From positions 6,076,001 to 6,140,000 of the forward strand of contig CDPCPM010000074.1 of the NCBI GenBank assembly GCA_976551045.1: a stretch of 64,000 nucleotides of DNA, read 5' to 3'. Of the stretch, positions 12,546 through 23,809 are shown piece after piece; position 1 is the first letter of the stretch, and each line of letters starts with the position of its first letter. The stretch is from Glaucostegus cemiculus (lineage: Eukaryota). Under the pieces are notes generated by a model that ran no database searches, had not been told where the DNA came from, and saw only the letters and a list, made by a program, of their open reading frames with translations. The translations under genes and the position numbers were made by a program.

Positions 12546-14094
12546 ATGTTCATTTTTCAGTTTCCTGAATAAATTAAAATTTCAGCAAATAGATATTGTG
12601 TCAAGAGATTTCACTTTCCCCATTCAAAAGCAGGGTAAACACATTACCAGAATCCAAGTAGAAGATCACAAAGAATGCGGAAGATTACAAGGACAGTTTG
12701 ATGACTTTCAGGTCAAGTTTGAAGACTTGCAATAGTGGAGATAACGCTTCACCTAACCTACTCTTCACTGATGAATGTCCAGTTCCCAAAATTGTTGGTA
12801 CAGAAATATCTACCGGAGTATTGGAATCTCAAGAAGGCCAAACTTTAAGGAGGATGCATTAATCACAGTCTACAACTGAATTCTGCGAGCATGAAGACCA
12901 ATATGTGACTGACTTCAATTTTCAGAAAACCTACTGCTGTGAATCAGTGTAGCCTTTGATGGTGTTCATAAAGATGGAATGAGCAACCCTTAAAAATCAA
13001 CATCCTCTCCATCACCCTGACAACATATCAACCAGATTTCCAAAGAGTCTGACTAGCTCTCCAGCTCTGATAGTAATTAGCCAAACTGCAGTAAACATGT
13101 GTTTAGTGTTTTTCTTTTTATGAGGGGGAGTGATAGCAATAAAAATGGGTGTATTGAAGCTCTCTGACTTCAGAATATTAACACATGCAGCTCCAAGTAC
13201 GAGCAGGTTTCTGAACCATCTACTTTAGTTCATGCAGAACAATTGCTAAAAGATACAGCTGAGAAGAAAAAGATTCAATGTAGGCACATGATATAATATG
13301 AAAAGGTTATGCAGTCCAATATTTGAAGACTTGTTTTAAAAAGTACTGTATAACTATGTGTGACCCACCTTGTATATTATGTATCAAGTTGCATAACAAT
13401 GTGTGGTACTCACACACATTGTGGAATGCATTCTGTATGAAGTCATAGCCTAAGGAAATGTAAGCTTCTAAAAACACTAACACGGTCCAACCTAAGCACC
13501 AGACTAATATTTATACATTGTGTGAGATAATGGCCTGATATTTAATAGGATGGAAGGAATTTTAGTCAGGGTACTTGCAAGCCACAGGTCACGGAGCATT
13601 ATGAAGATTTGACTACACGGTAGATGTTGGGAGTTTATTTAATAGCGGATTCTCTTCCCGGAAACCAGCTTGATGGACAAACGTAGCTACTTATGGGAAC
13701 CCTGCAGTTCTCAGTCAAGGAGCACATAAGCCTAGAGTGTCAGAGGTTGAACGTGGTAGAGGTTGTGTGAGGGGATTGGAGGATATGTTTACTGATTCAT
13801 GACAGGAATGTTGGACATTGTGGGTTTAGGTAAATTAATTGCAAGAATGGAAGCAGCTTAGTAGTAGGGCCTGGGAATGCAGTCCTACCTCTCACCCTCC
13901 TCCTGGCCCATAAACAGTGCCGAGAAGTTATTCCTTCCACAGAGCTACCCTCCCCTCCCTTTAGCTGCTGAGTGTCCCAAGGTTAAGGCTAGTGCTAAAG
14001 CTGAAAGAGAGATGGAATCTGGCTTAAGCAGCCTCATTAAAATATTTCAGTGAGACAGTGGTCTCCACTTGCAAGTCCCCATCTAGTCTCTGTT

Positions 14095-14550
14095 AGGATA
14101 AGAGCATAAGCAGCAGGAGTAGGAGTAGGGCATGCAGCCCCTTGAGCCCACTCCACCCTTACTAGGGTCAATGCTGATCTGATCATGGCCTCAGCTCTAC
14201 TCTGCTGCCTGTTCGCCGTAACTTTTGATTTGTCCAAAAGTCACCCCTTAAAGATATTCCGCTTTTTAGGGTAGGAAATTCCACAAATTTAATGGGACTA
14301 GCTTACAAAATTTCCCATTCCAAAATGGGACTAGCTTAGATATGCATCTTGGTCGGCATAGACGAGTTGGACAGAACAGCCTGTTTCCGTGCTGCGTGAC
14401 TCTATGACTATTCACAATCATATAAGAGAAGAAATTCCTCCTCATCTCCATCTTCAATGGAAAATTCTTTATTCCAAAAGTAGTTCTGGATTACCTCACG
14501 AGAAGTCACATCCTCTCAGCATCTCCCTCTCAGATCCCCTCAGAATCTTC
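14095..14550 (-). mobile_element. CR1-clade 3' end interrupted by an opposite-strand CR1 tail (14291-14410, +)
   Basis: Host shows the ATAAGAGCATAAGCAGCAGGAGTAGG tail and KMEMRRNFFS on minus; insert reads AATGGGACTAGCTTAGAT..GCCTGTTTCCGTGCTG..ACTCTATGACT. Confidence 0.8.
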
Positions 14551-15413
14551 TGAGAAGGTTCATGTCAGTTGGGGTTTGAGGTTTTACGTCCCACCTCACC
14601 CGAGCAGACCTGCTTTAGGGAGTTAAAGTTACACAGGCACTTTTATTATTATGATAGCATACCTTACCATAAGTAGCACATCGGATATTCACCAGTACAT
14701 TATAAATAACAAGTAGTATCAGAGGTAGACTTCTCTGCTGTGCTCCAAACTGAAGGTTCACATGTTTGCCATAAAATGTTTAACAGGATCATCCAAGTTC
14801 CTCTTTCATAGGTCCATCAATAATTCTTATTTTTTCAGTCCTGTTTTCTCTGGACTTTTTACAATCTTTGCTCTGAAAAGATCATTCGTTTATCTTTATA
14901 CATTGGCTTGATGAAGGCCATGATTATGTTCAATTAGTGCTTGAAATGGACTGATACTTTTCCTTCCTTCCTTTACAATTTGTAGGATTTAATATCCTTA
15001 ATTATTTAACAAAATCAGAATATTGTTAACTAATGTGGATGAGGACACAATTAGGAAAATATTCCTTAACATGTGAGAATTAATCCAATTCCACTGATCG
15101 TGGAGTTCAAGGTCTTGCACTCTTTTAATATATTGTTATGTTCTACATGATTGAATTGAGGTGTAAAATGAATTGATGAATGAAATTAGGACTTTGTGCC
15201 ATGTTCAGCATATAAAGCAATCCTCCATCACCTTCTCTGTGCATGGATCCCTCACACTCAAAGACTTTGGGCTTACAGCAGTGATATCAATCACAAATGT
15301 CAAGCACACTTGATGATCCTGCTGCAAAATTGGACCATGGATACACGATGAAGAAGCCACAATGGTCATCAACGACAGAATAGGACCTAATGAAAGAAAA
15401 CAGGCTTTGTTGT

Positions 15414-15631
15414 GGACCACAAAACAAACTGCTGGAGGAGCTCAGCAGGTCGAGCAGAATCTGTGGGGAGAAAGGAATTGTCAATGTTTCGGGTCAAGAC
15501 CCTGTTATTAGGGTCTCAACCTGAAATGTCAACAATTCCTTTCACTTCACAGATGTTGCTTGATACGCTGATTTCCTCCAGCAGTTTGTTTTTCTGATCC
15601 AGATTCCAGCATCTGCAGTGTCTTGTGACTC
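15414..15631. repeat. Fold-back (head-to-head) copy of the PLE terminal repeat
   Basis: AAAACAAACTGCTGGAGGA..GACCCT / AGGGTC..TCCTCCAGCAGTTTGTTTT arms of about 90 bp around a 6-nt centre (GTTATT). Confidence 0.85.
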
Positions 15632-15944
15632 CATACTCTTTTGCAATCTCCCTAAAGGAATGAATATTACCTTTTGGGAAAAATTACGCATGAGTAGATT
15701 CAGTCCAAATAAAATGATAGATCAGATTTATAATTGTAAATTAGGTGAAAGCTTCCATATGCTTTTTGGGTGGGGGAGCCCCAAGCTCCCCAATTCACAC
15801 CAGAGTGCCCACCTCCGCCAATGAAATCTCCAATTCAGTGTTGAGCAAGTGGGGTGCCCACTCCCATATCTGGCCTGGGACACCCGACGCTAGTTTATTT
15901 AAACTATTCCATTATTTCCAGTTGTGTAAGCACTGTCATTAGAT

Positions 15945-16196
15945 TCAGAGTCGTAGAGTCATACAGCACAGAAACAGGGCATTCGACCCATTTTGTCCAT
16001 GCCAATCAAGATGTCTATCTGAGCTAGTCCCATTTGCCTGCATTTAACTTATATCCCTCTAAACCTTTCCTATTCACGTACCTATCCAAATGTCTTTTAA
16101 ACATTGTAAACATTCCTCTGGCAGCTTGTTCCATATAACTGCCACCCTCTGTGTGAAAGAATTGCCCCTCAGTTTCCTTTTATATATTTCCCCTCT
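15945..16196 (-). mobile_element. CR1-clade LINE 3' end
   Basis: AGAGTCATACAGCACAGAAACAGG..CTAGTCCCATTTGCCTGCATT..CCTATCCAAATGTCTTTTAAAC. Confidence 0.88.
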
Positions 16197-17929
16197 TTCT
16201 CTACAATGTGCCGTTATAACTGCTCCAACATAATAGCAATTAGCTCAGGAAAATGTGTGGTTCAAACTCAGCTCTGAGAATTACACATATATAAAGTGTG
16301 TGGCAATACAAAAGACAAGTAATTCACAGTATGTACATGCGCTACGGTTAATGGAAAGTATATGCACAAGAATCACCCCCTCAATGGCACTGATCAAATT
16401 TGCATAGAATCTCCATATTTTTGCCCAGTGATTTTCAGCAAGGATATCTTTCTTGTGCATTATACATATATTTTTTAGAACAAGTTTGGAACTGAGAGAA
16501 AATTGGAGCTTAATGAGGAAAAATCTAAAGGGTCAGGTAGAAAAAGTCCCAAATAAACAAATATGATGTGCTGAAGGGCATGTTTCTATACTTTATGATT
16601 CAAAAGCTATATAAAAGAGAAATGCAAAGGGAGCAAATCAAAAACTGTATTTCGACCAGTGGTAAATTGACTTTAATAACTTCACATAACTCATCCTTTG
16701 AAATGGGAGATGGTCATTATCAGCTTTGTGTTGGCAAGCATTGAAATTTTATAGCAAGGCTTCTATTGTATTCAAAACAACAACAAGAAATCATATCCAG
16801 AGGCACAAACCAGTTTTCAAAAGGATACCAATAAAATCAACTGAGATAAATCATAATCTACTGTAATAGAGAAAGTGCAGTGATTTAGCAGGTCAAGGGC
16901 TGTTTTTATGCACCTTAGGTGGCTATAAGCAGCAATAACCGCAGGTGAAAGTCACATACATCTTCATGTTTATCTCCTGTCCCCTGCAGACCTCTGCACT
17001 GTGCTGCCATTTGTTTAAAAGACTGCAGCGCACTGTTACACCACAGGCAGGCACCTTGTCAAGAGGCCAAGGACAAAACTAATGAGGCATTTAGAAGATA
17101 CCTGCAGGATCATCGTCTTCTGGGACTGCTTGAGAAGTGATGAAATTGGTTTCCTCTTATATTGTGCTTTAAACCATGGCAGAATGATCAAAGGAAATTA
17201 AATACAACTTATTCCATTGGGCCATACACTAAAACGAACATTTTGAGAATAGCTAAAATCCTCAGAGCATTTGAGATTTTCTGCATTCACTTGGTAACGC
17301 TCAGAAGTAGTTACCCAGAAGATGTTAGAATAATTCAAATTTCTCTCAGACTTACACATTAACACAATAAAAACCTACTCTATTTGTTATTGTTTTCATC
17401 TCTGACACTCGTACTAATTGTCTGTTGTACACGTCTCTATGTGTGCGTTTGCCGATTGTACCATGCCCCTGATACTCAGTTGCACTGCCTTCAGTGGAAT
17501 TGATGATCAGGAGGGGAATAACAAGGGTGGCCAGTTCTAAAGCACACAGTATATTTCACGTTGGGGTCAAGGATATATTGGTTTAAATCTGTTCAGAAAT
17601 TAATAGCTGATTCACTTAAGTCACATGTTTGTCATAGATGCATAAAAGGACATGTGAAACACTTTAGACTGCTGATCTATAGACAAGCAGCCTGATTTCT
17701 TAAATGTCTTTTTATCAATGTGGAAAATGACAAAAACCAGGTTAGACTTTAATACCCTGGGGTGGATGGATGGATGGGTTGTTATTCTGTTGTCAATACT
17801 CTCCAACGGATGACTGATCAGAAACGAAGATAGTTCTTTATACAGAGCCCTACTTAAACTGCTGACTCTTCATGTTGTTTCTATTTGACGTTAGAATGCA
17901 TTGAACGATGCCAAATGACGGAAGCAAAC

Positions 17930-18845
17930 TAAAAATGGAAGAGTGTAGAGTTCTGCATTGGAAGGAGGTAAAAGGGTAAGTGTTGCACCTCTGGTGGTTG
18001 CACAAGAGGTGGAGGATAGAACTGGAGCATGCAGAGTGAATGATCCCAAAGGAATGGTAAAAAGGGGGTAGAGGGGAAAACGTGGCCCTTTTACCTGAAC
18101 TTTTACCTCCTTGCCTTATATCATCCAAAACCCAATATACTCCTTCCAGTTGAAGCTATGATTTACTCATATTTCTTTCAAGGTACTGTATTGTTTACAA
18201 TGCTCATGATACAGTCACCTCCAAAATGAAGAGACCAACTATAGACTTAGTGACCACATTAGGAAACACCTCCGCTCAGTCAGAGTGTCGTGTCAACTAC
18301 CTGCTTAATTATTCATCCATTTCCCAACTTAACCTCTCTATCCAAGGCTTTCTACACTGCCAATGAAGTTCAATGTCAACTGAAAGAAACACACTTCATC
18401 TACTGACTGGCTGCATTACAGCCTTCCAGAATCAACACTTTGGTTCAGAAGTTTCAGGTGATCAACATTTCCAGCATTTAAGTTTCAGATTTCCACCATT
18501 CACAGCATTTTCCTTTGGTAATTGCAAATAACAACTTGACTTCTGCCATTTACACCTATCTCAGACCAGTTTTTTGTTTCTTTATGTCCAATTACTGCCT
18601 GCTTTCACCTTGTGCCATCATCCCTTTTTATTATTAAAACTCTTCCACCCTTCCCTCCAATCACAGACCTTCCCTAGTGTTCTCCCTCCACTTTCCTCTA
18701 CACCTTAACATTTGTTTATCTTGAACTTTTCCAATTGGAGGTCATGGACCTGAAATGTTGTCTATTTCCCTCTCCACAGATACTGCCTGAGCTACCTGAG
18801 TATCTCCAGCATTTTCTACCTTTATTTCAGATTCCTGGCATTTAT
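17930..18845 (+). mobile_element. Penelope-like element: inverted linker segment, GIY-YIG endonuclease relic and terminal repeat
   Basis: 18135-18460 (+) resembles SFQ.K..FT.....YC..CS......ET..RL.DH...HLRSV..GFLHC..E.Q..LKE.HFI..L..LQPS; 17930-18090 (-) gives CNHQRCNTYPFTS; terminal repeat at 18730-18845. Confidence 0.78.
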
Positions 18846-19107
18846 ATTCTGGGTGCAAGATCACTGCCATTATTCAGTGACTCTCTATTAATTTTGCTCT
18901 CTATTTATTTTACTAAAATGGGCAGAGGAAACAACGGATCCATACCATCCCACAACATTATGAGCATTATTACCCAAATGTCTTTGGTTGATGGCTCATT
19001 GCTTGCACATAATTCAAGGTCTCACTTTATCAGACTGTAATCTGTGCTTTTATTTTCCTGAGGAGCTGTATGACTGTTTGACTGGACAGGAAATAAAATT
19101 TTCAAAT

Positions 19108-19712
19108 CACAGGGATATGCAGTGTGGAAACAGGCCCTCTGGCCCTCTGACCTTAACTGACCATCAACCACCCATTTATATTAACCCTGCATTAATCCCA
19201 TTTTTTTTATTCACCCCACATTCTTGTCAACTCTCTCAGACTCTGCCACTCACCTGCACACAAGGGGCAATTCACAGTGGCCAGATAACCTACCAACCTG
19301 CATGTCTTTGGAATGCGTGAGGAAATTCGGGGTGGCACGATAGCGTAGTGGTTAGCACGACGCTGTTACAGCACCAGTGATCGAGGTTCGATTCCCGTCG
19401 CTGACTGTAAGGAGTTTGTACGTCCTCCCGTGTCTGCGTGGGTTTCCTCCGGGTGCTCCGGTTTCCTCCCACATTCTAAAGACGTACGGGTAGGGGGTTT
19501 ACAATGGGCGGCGCAGACTCGTTGGGCCGAAAGGGCCTGTTACCACGCTGTAAATCAAAAAAAATCAAAAAAAATCAGATCATCCGGAGGAGATCCATGT
19601 GGTCACAGGGAGAAATTGAAAACTCCACACGGACACCACCAGAAATCAGGATTGAACCCAGGTATCTGGCACTCTGAGGCAGTGACTGTAGCTGCTTCAC
19701 CGTGTTGCCATG
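19108..19712 (-). mobile_element. HE1-like V-SINE interrupted by a younger SINE
   Basis: Host core TGAGGAAAT / AGATCATCCGGAGG is split by the 19329-19577 insertion. Confidence 0.85.
19329..19577 (+). mobile_element. Young, short V-SINE with intact Pol III A and B boxes
   Basis: A box TAGCGTAGTGG 19341-19351, B box GGTTCGATTCC 19385-19395, many CpGs, CR1-type tail, AAATCAAAAAAAATC repeat at the end. Confidence 0.92.
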
Positions 19713-19733
19713 TTATGATTTTTTTTGTCTATA

Positions 19734-19911
19734 GTGGTGTTTAAGAGGCGTTTAAACAGGCACATGAACATGTAGGCAATGGAGGGTTATGGATCATGTG
19801 CAGGCAGATAGGTTTAGTTTAGCTTAGTTTAGTTTAATTTTGCATCATGGTCGGTACAGACATCGTTGGCTGAAGGGCCTGTTCCTGTCCTTTGCTGTTC
19901 TATGTTCAATG
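19734..19911 (+). mobile_element. CR1-clade 3' tail
   Basis: FKRRLNRHMN end, then GCTGAAGGGCCTGTTCCTG..GTTCTATGTTC. Confidence 0.85.
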
Positions 19912-21224
19912 TTTCCTGCAGAAAAGTGTCCTCCAGAATACTCGCTGCCTCCAATCTTCCTTGCAGAGGAGTGAATAGTCTTGCAACATGCTTCCCTCTA
20001 ACTGCAATGAATGACAGTTAATTATCATCCATCACAGATTGAAATTCAACTAAAGGAAGGCAGGGCAATGTCAGCCTTTCCTTCATTCTGCTACTCTGCA
20101 CAAGGAGAGCACCCTATCCCTCTTCAACACAACACCCCGGTGAGCAGCCAACACAGGAGACAACCAAACCCAGTAAAACTCTTCCTCTGACTTGAAATCT
20201 TTAAATGAATCTCGCAAGAAAGTCAGTTGGCTTTTTCTTCCAAAAAAAGTGATCATTATGCTTGGTGCAGCACTGAACGAAATCCACATGTTCTGATTAT
20301 CTTAAAGTGTAGCTTTGACATTAGGTATCCCTTCACCAGGCTGTATTGTGTATAAGTTCATTTACCCTAGTCATGTCATCATGTCTTGCACTTATTGTAG
20401 AATCATTTTGGAGCCTTCCTAATGATTTCCTTGGCATTTGGAGTAAAAGTTCCATTTGGTTGTTGCTAGGAAATTGTATCTGAAGAGCTTTCTTGTAAAT
20501 GAAAACAAATCTGGTGGCATTCTTCTGTCACTTTCAGTGTTATGAGTCATTGCACTCTGAATGTATGTTCCCAATTTGTCTCTTTTGAATTGTTCCCATT
20601 CCCACAATTCAACAGATAACAGATTTCTGTGTTCTGAGTATTAATCAAAAATAACTCAGGCGTGATGCATACATTTTCCATGTGTAATAAAATCGCGGGA
20701 GCAGTGGTAAACAAAACAGTTACCTTTGCCCCTCTAGAAAATAGCAGCAACAACAGCATCGTGTATTCAATCTTTAAAATTAAATGGTCACAAAAAGCAA
20801 ATTGAGACAATTTGTTAGACGAGGTTCTTTTTTTTGTGTTAGGAGAACTGAAGTTGCATTTGTTTCAAAGATGTATTCAAGCAAACCCAGTTTAGAGTCA
20901 AAACAGAAAGCTATTGCAGTAAGGCAAACTCTGCACGATTAGAGGAACTTAGGATTCATTGGTTCCATTGTTAATATCTTAGAAGTAGCAAGGCAAAGTA
21001 GATGAAAAGATAAATACAGTCCCATGTTTTGTAAATATGGAGGTTACATTTCAAGACTTTTGACCATTTTGGACAATTAGATTAGTAAAAGCATGGGTAT
21101 TAATTTTGAATATTCTCATCTGACATCAACAGAATTGTTATTACCTCAAAATAGGCTTGGTTACCCATTAGAATTATCATTGCAGGCATTTTTAACAGGG
21201 CCAAAGGCCCAAGTAGAAGACAAC

Positions 21225-21380
21225 CAAAAAAACTGCAAAAGAAATCTAAATAAAAACATAAAATAAAATGTTGTAAAAGGCAGTGTCTGTGGAAAGAAAT
21301 GATGGGCCATAGAGCTGAAACATTACCATTTTTCTTTACCTAACCTGCTGAGTTTTTCCATCATTATCTGTTTTTATAAC
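21225..21380. repeat. Decayed fold-back PLE terminal repeat
   Basis: AAAACTGCA..ATAAAAACATAAAAT..TCTGTGGAAAGAAAT / CTGAAACATT..ACCTGCTGAGTTTTTCCA..CTGTTTTTAT. Confidence 0.55.
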
Positions 21381-21674
21381 TATTCATAGTTTATAGTTGG
21401 ATATTGTCCTTTGACATAAGTTGGACCCCCATTGTTATTTCAGGTAGGAAATGGTTGGGTTTTTTTTGTCTCTGGGGGCTTTGGCCAGTTCTATGGGTGG
21501 CGAGTTGGAAGTATTCCTCTATAAAAGCATCTTAATTTTCTCTTGTGGTTCCTGATGAGTTCCCCAGGGCCAACCAAATTAAGCTGTGCCGTTGCTGCAT
21601 CAGGCTCCCTGTCCTTTCAACTTCCAACTTGTGAGTTGCTTTATCAAGCCAGCTCATCTGCCAGATTTAAGTCA

Positions 21675-22026
21675 GGCAGCATAGTGATACAACATTTAGT
21701 GCTGTAGCCTCAAAGCTCCAGATACCCAGGTTCCATCCTGAGTTCAGGTGCCATCTGTGGAGCTTTCATATTCTCCCTCTAACCATGTGGGCTTCCTCCC
21801 ACATCCCAAAGGTAAGCTGGTGGGTTAATTGGCTACTGTAAATTGCTTTTCACTGGGTAAGTCGTAAAAGTATCAAAGGAGAAATTGATGGGTATATGAG
21901 AGGGAGTAAGTTTAAAGACTAAAGGAAATTAGACAAGGAGAATGAAAGTGATGGGATTGCTCTGCTGTGAGCCAGTATTATCCCTATGGGTAGAATGGCC
22001 TTCTTCTGTGTCATATTAATAAGTAA
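21675..22026 (+). mobile_element. Old V-SINE (HE1-like)
   Basis: tRNA-like head, CTTCCTCCCACATCCCAAAG core, TTAATTGGCTACTGTAAATTG, tail GAATGGCCTTCTTCTGTG. Confidence 0.82.
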
Positions 22027-22109
22027 ATGAGCTCACCTGGGCCAGATCACCATGTACAGCTGAATGAAAGTCAAAATTAACCTCACTGCATTCTCAAACA
22101 ATAAAAAAA

Positions 22110-22980
22110 TGTTGGGCTGAGATGTACTACCAAAGCATTATTTTTCATATGCTTTCCAGTTCTCGACCTGACTATTCTAACTGCCCCTTGCTCACCACAT
22201 TTCTGCACTGGCAGTAAACTTGAGCTTATCCTATACTCTAGGACCCACGTCCCAACCCACACTAAGTTTCATTCATCATCACCTAGTACAGCAATAACTT
22301 CTTTTAAAATTTCACATCTTTGCTATCTTCTCATCTTTGCTATCTTCACCGTGCCTATTTCTGGAACATCTTCCCAACCATACAGATCTCTGAAGATTCA
22401 GTGTTCCTCCTGTTGTAGCTTCCATGCTCACTTTAAGTGTTCCACTATTGGCGATGGTGCTTTCAGCTGCCTAAGCTCCAGGCTCTGTGATTCTGGCCCT
22501 AATCCCTCTACTACATTAACTCCCCTTCTTTATGACTTTTTAAAATCTTAATCTCTCCTTGTGTACTGAAAGAGTTGGATAGAGTGGATGTTGCAGAGTA
22601 TGTTTCTATTAGTAGAAGAATCTAGGATCTGAGGGCACAGCCTCAACATAAAGGGACATTCCTTGAAAACTGAAATGAGGAGGAAGTTCTTCAGTCAGAG
22701 GGTGGTGAATCTGTGGAATTCATTGCCACAGAGGGCTGTGGAAGCCAAGTCATTGGGTGTATTTCAGGGAAAGATTGATAGGTTCTTAGCTGGTAAAACG
22801 GTTAAGGGTTATGGGGTGAAGGCAGGAGTGTGGGGTTGAAAAAGATCAGCCATGATTGAATGGCGGAGCAGATATATAAGATACCTTATGATCTTATATA
22901 ACTTTGTATTCGGCTTTAGTTGCTACCACTCTTATGAAGCTATTTGGCATGTTTTACTGTGTTAAAGGTACTAGCTATTG
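22110..22980 (+). mobile_element. L2-clade LINE 3' end, split by a CR1 insertion
   Basis: DYSN, KLELI and STIGDGAFSCLSSRL remnants; the L2-like tail GGCATGTTTTACTGTGTTAAAGG resumes after 22900. Confidence 0.7.
22565..22897 (+). mobile_element. CR1-clade LINE 3' region nested in L2
   Basis: ESRI.GHSL.IKG..LKTEMRRKFFSQRVVNLWNSLPQRAVEAKSLG; same subfamily as 1-637. Confidence 0.88.
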
Positions 22981-23414
22981 TTGGAATAGTTAACAATCAT
23001 CGTGTTAATCCAATAGCCAGCTGTAACAGAAAGGATGCCATGTTCTTTATTTTCTGCAAATATCTGAGTTTTGTTTAAACCATGAGCCCAGATACTGCTA
23101 CTGCTCTGGATGTTCCCCACATGATTAATTAAAATGGGTATCAATTTGTATGAAGCTTCACTCACTCAATATTCATGTTCAGAGATTAGACCAGCTCACT
23201 TGTGATAGATAGTTTTGAAGGGGGTATTATTTTTTAATCTCAGGTAATATTATAATAAACCAACTTCGGCACAGGTAAAATATGCAGATTATTCATGGAA
23301 GTGATCAATGCTACTGAATCCAAGGAGCAACTTTGGCAGACTCGTATTTGCAAGGGGGCATAGAAAAGTAAAGCAAGGTGTTGATGTTCAAATTAATAAA
23401 GTGATAAATCATCT

Positions 23415-23770
23415 GGGGCTAACTAGGTAGTATGCTTTCCTGAATCCATTTATATGTTTAAACCTCACTCCAGAGTCTCAAGCACAAAAATCTGGGCTGG
23501 CACTTCTGTGAACAACTGGGAAAATACTGTGACATCAAACCATATGCCCTCTTGGATGAAAAAAGATTACATGTCACTATTCAAAGAAAACTAATGGAGT
23601 TCCAGCAATTGTTTCTCCCTCTTTCAACAACTTACCAGTTTTGTGCTGTCAAATTATTTGCTGCATTTCCTACATTGCTGCAGTGAGTCCTCTTTGGAAA
23701 TATTTAATTGGTTGTAAAGTGCCTTGGGATGTCCTGAAGTTGTGAAAACCACATCAAAAATACAGGACTG
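23415..23770 (+). mobile_element. Deu-domain SINE (SacSINE1/AmnSINE1-like), old
   Basis: ACTCCAGAGTCTCAAGCACAAAAATCTGGGCTGGCAC..AAAAGATTACATGTCACTATTCAAAGAA..GCTGCATTTCCTACATT..ATTGGTTGTAAAGTGCCTTGGGATGTCCTGAAGTTGTGAAA. Confidence 0.7.
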
Positions 23771-23809
23771 TTTCATTCATCTTGTTGATTATGTTGCAGC
23801 TGGAACACA

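Noticed and set aside
12561-12735. Terminal exon FLNKLKFQQ...QVKFEDLQ* after TTTTTCAG, with AATAAA at about 13138
   Set aside because: Only about 58 codons, abuts a CR1 fragment, no recognisable family and no partner exon; compatible with chance
12768-12800. Isolated CTGATGA as another hammerhead (also near 21552, 35250 and 58150)
   Set aside because: No convincing stem II plus GAAA and cleavage triplet, and no PLE context
13535-14050. Old MITE bounded by CTGATATTTAAT / ATTAAAATATTTCAG
   Set aside because: The inverted match is short, AT-rich and gapped; no TSD and no second copy in the window
15205-15385. Minus-strand exon candidate next to the palindrome
   Set aside because: Weak donor and no recognisable peptide in the open frames
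19329-19405. tRNA gene
   Set aside because: The A and B boxes belong to a SINE head that continues into the SINE core and LINE-type tail; no convincing acceptor stem
22315-22348. Short tandem duplication CATCTTTGCTATCTTC (a similar small one lies near 57448)
   Set aside because: Ordinary slippage; not a repeat-spacer array, so not CRISPR-like
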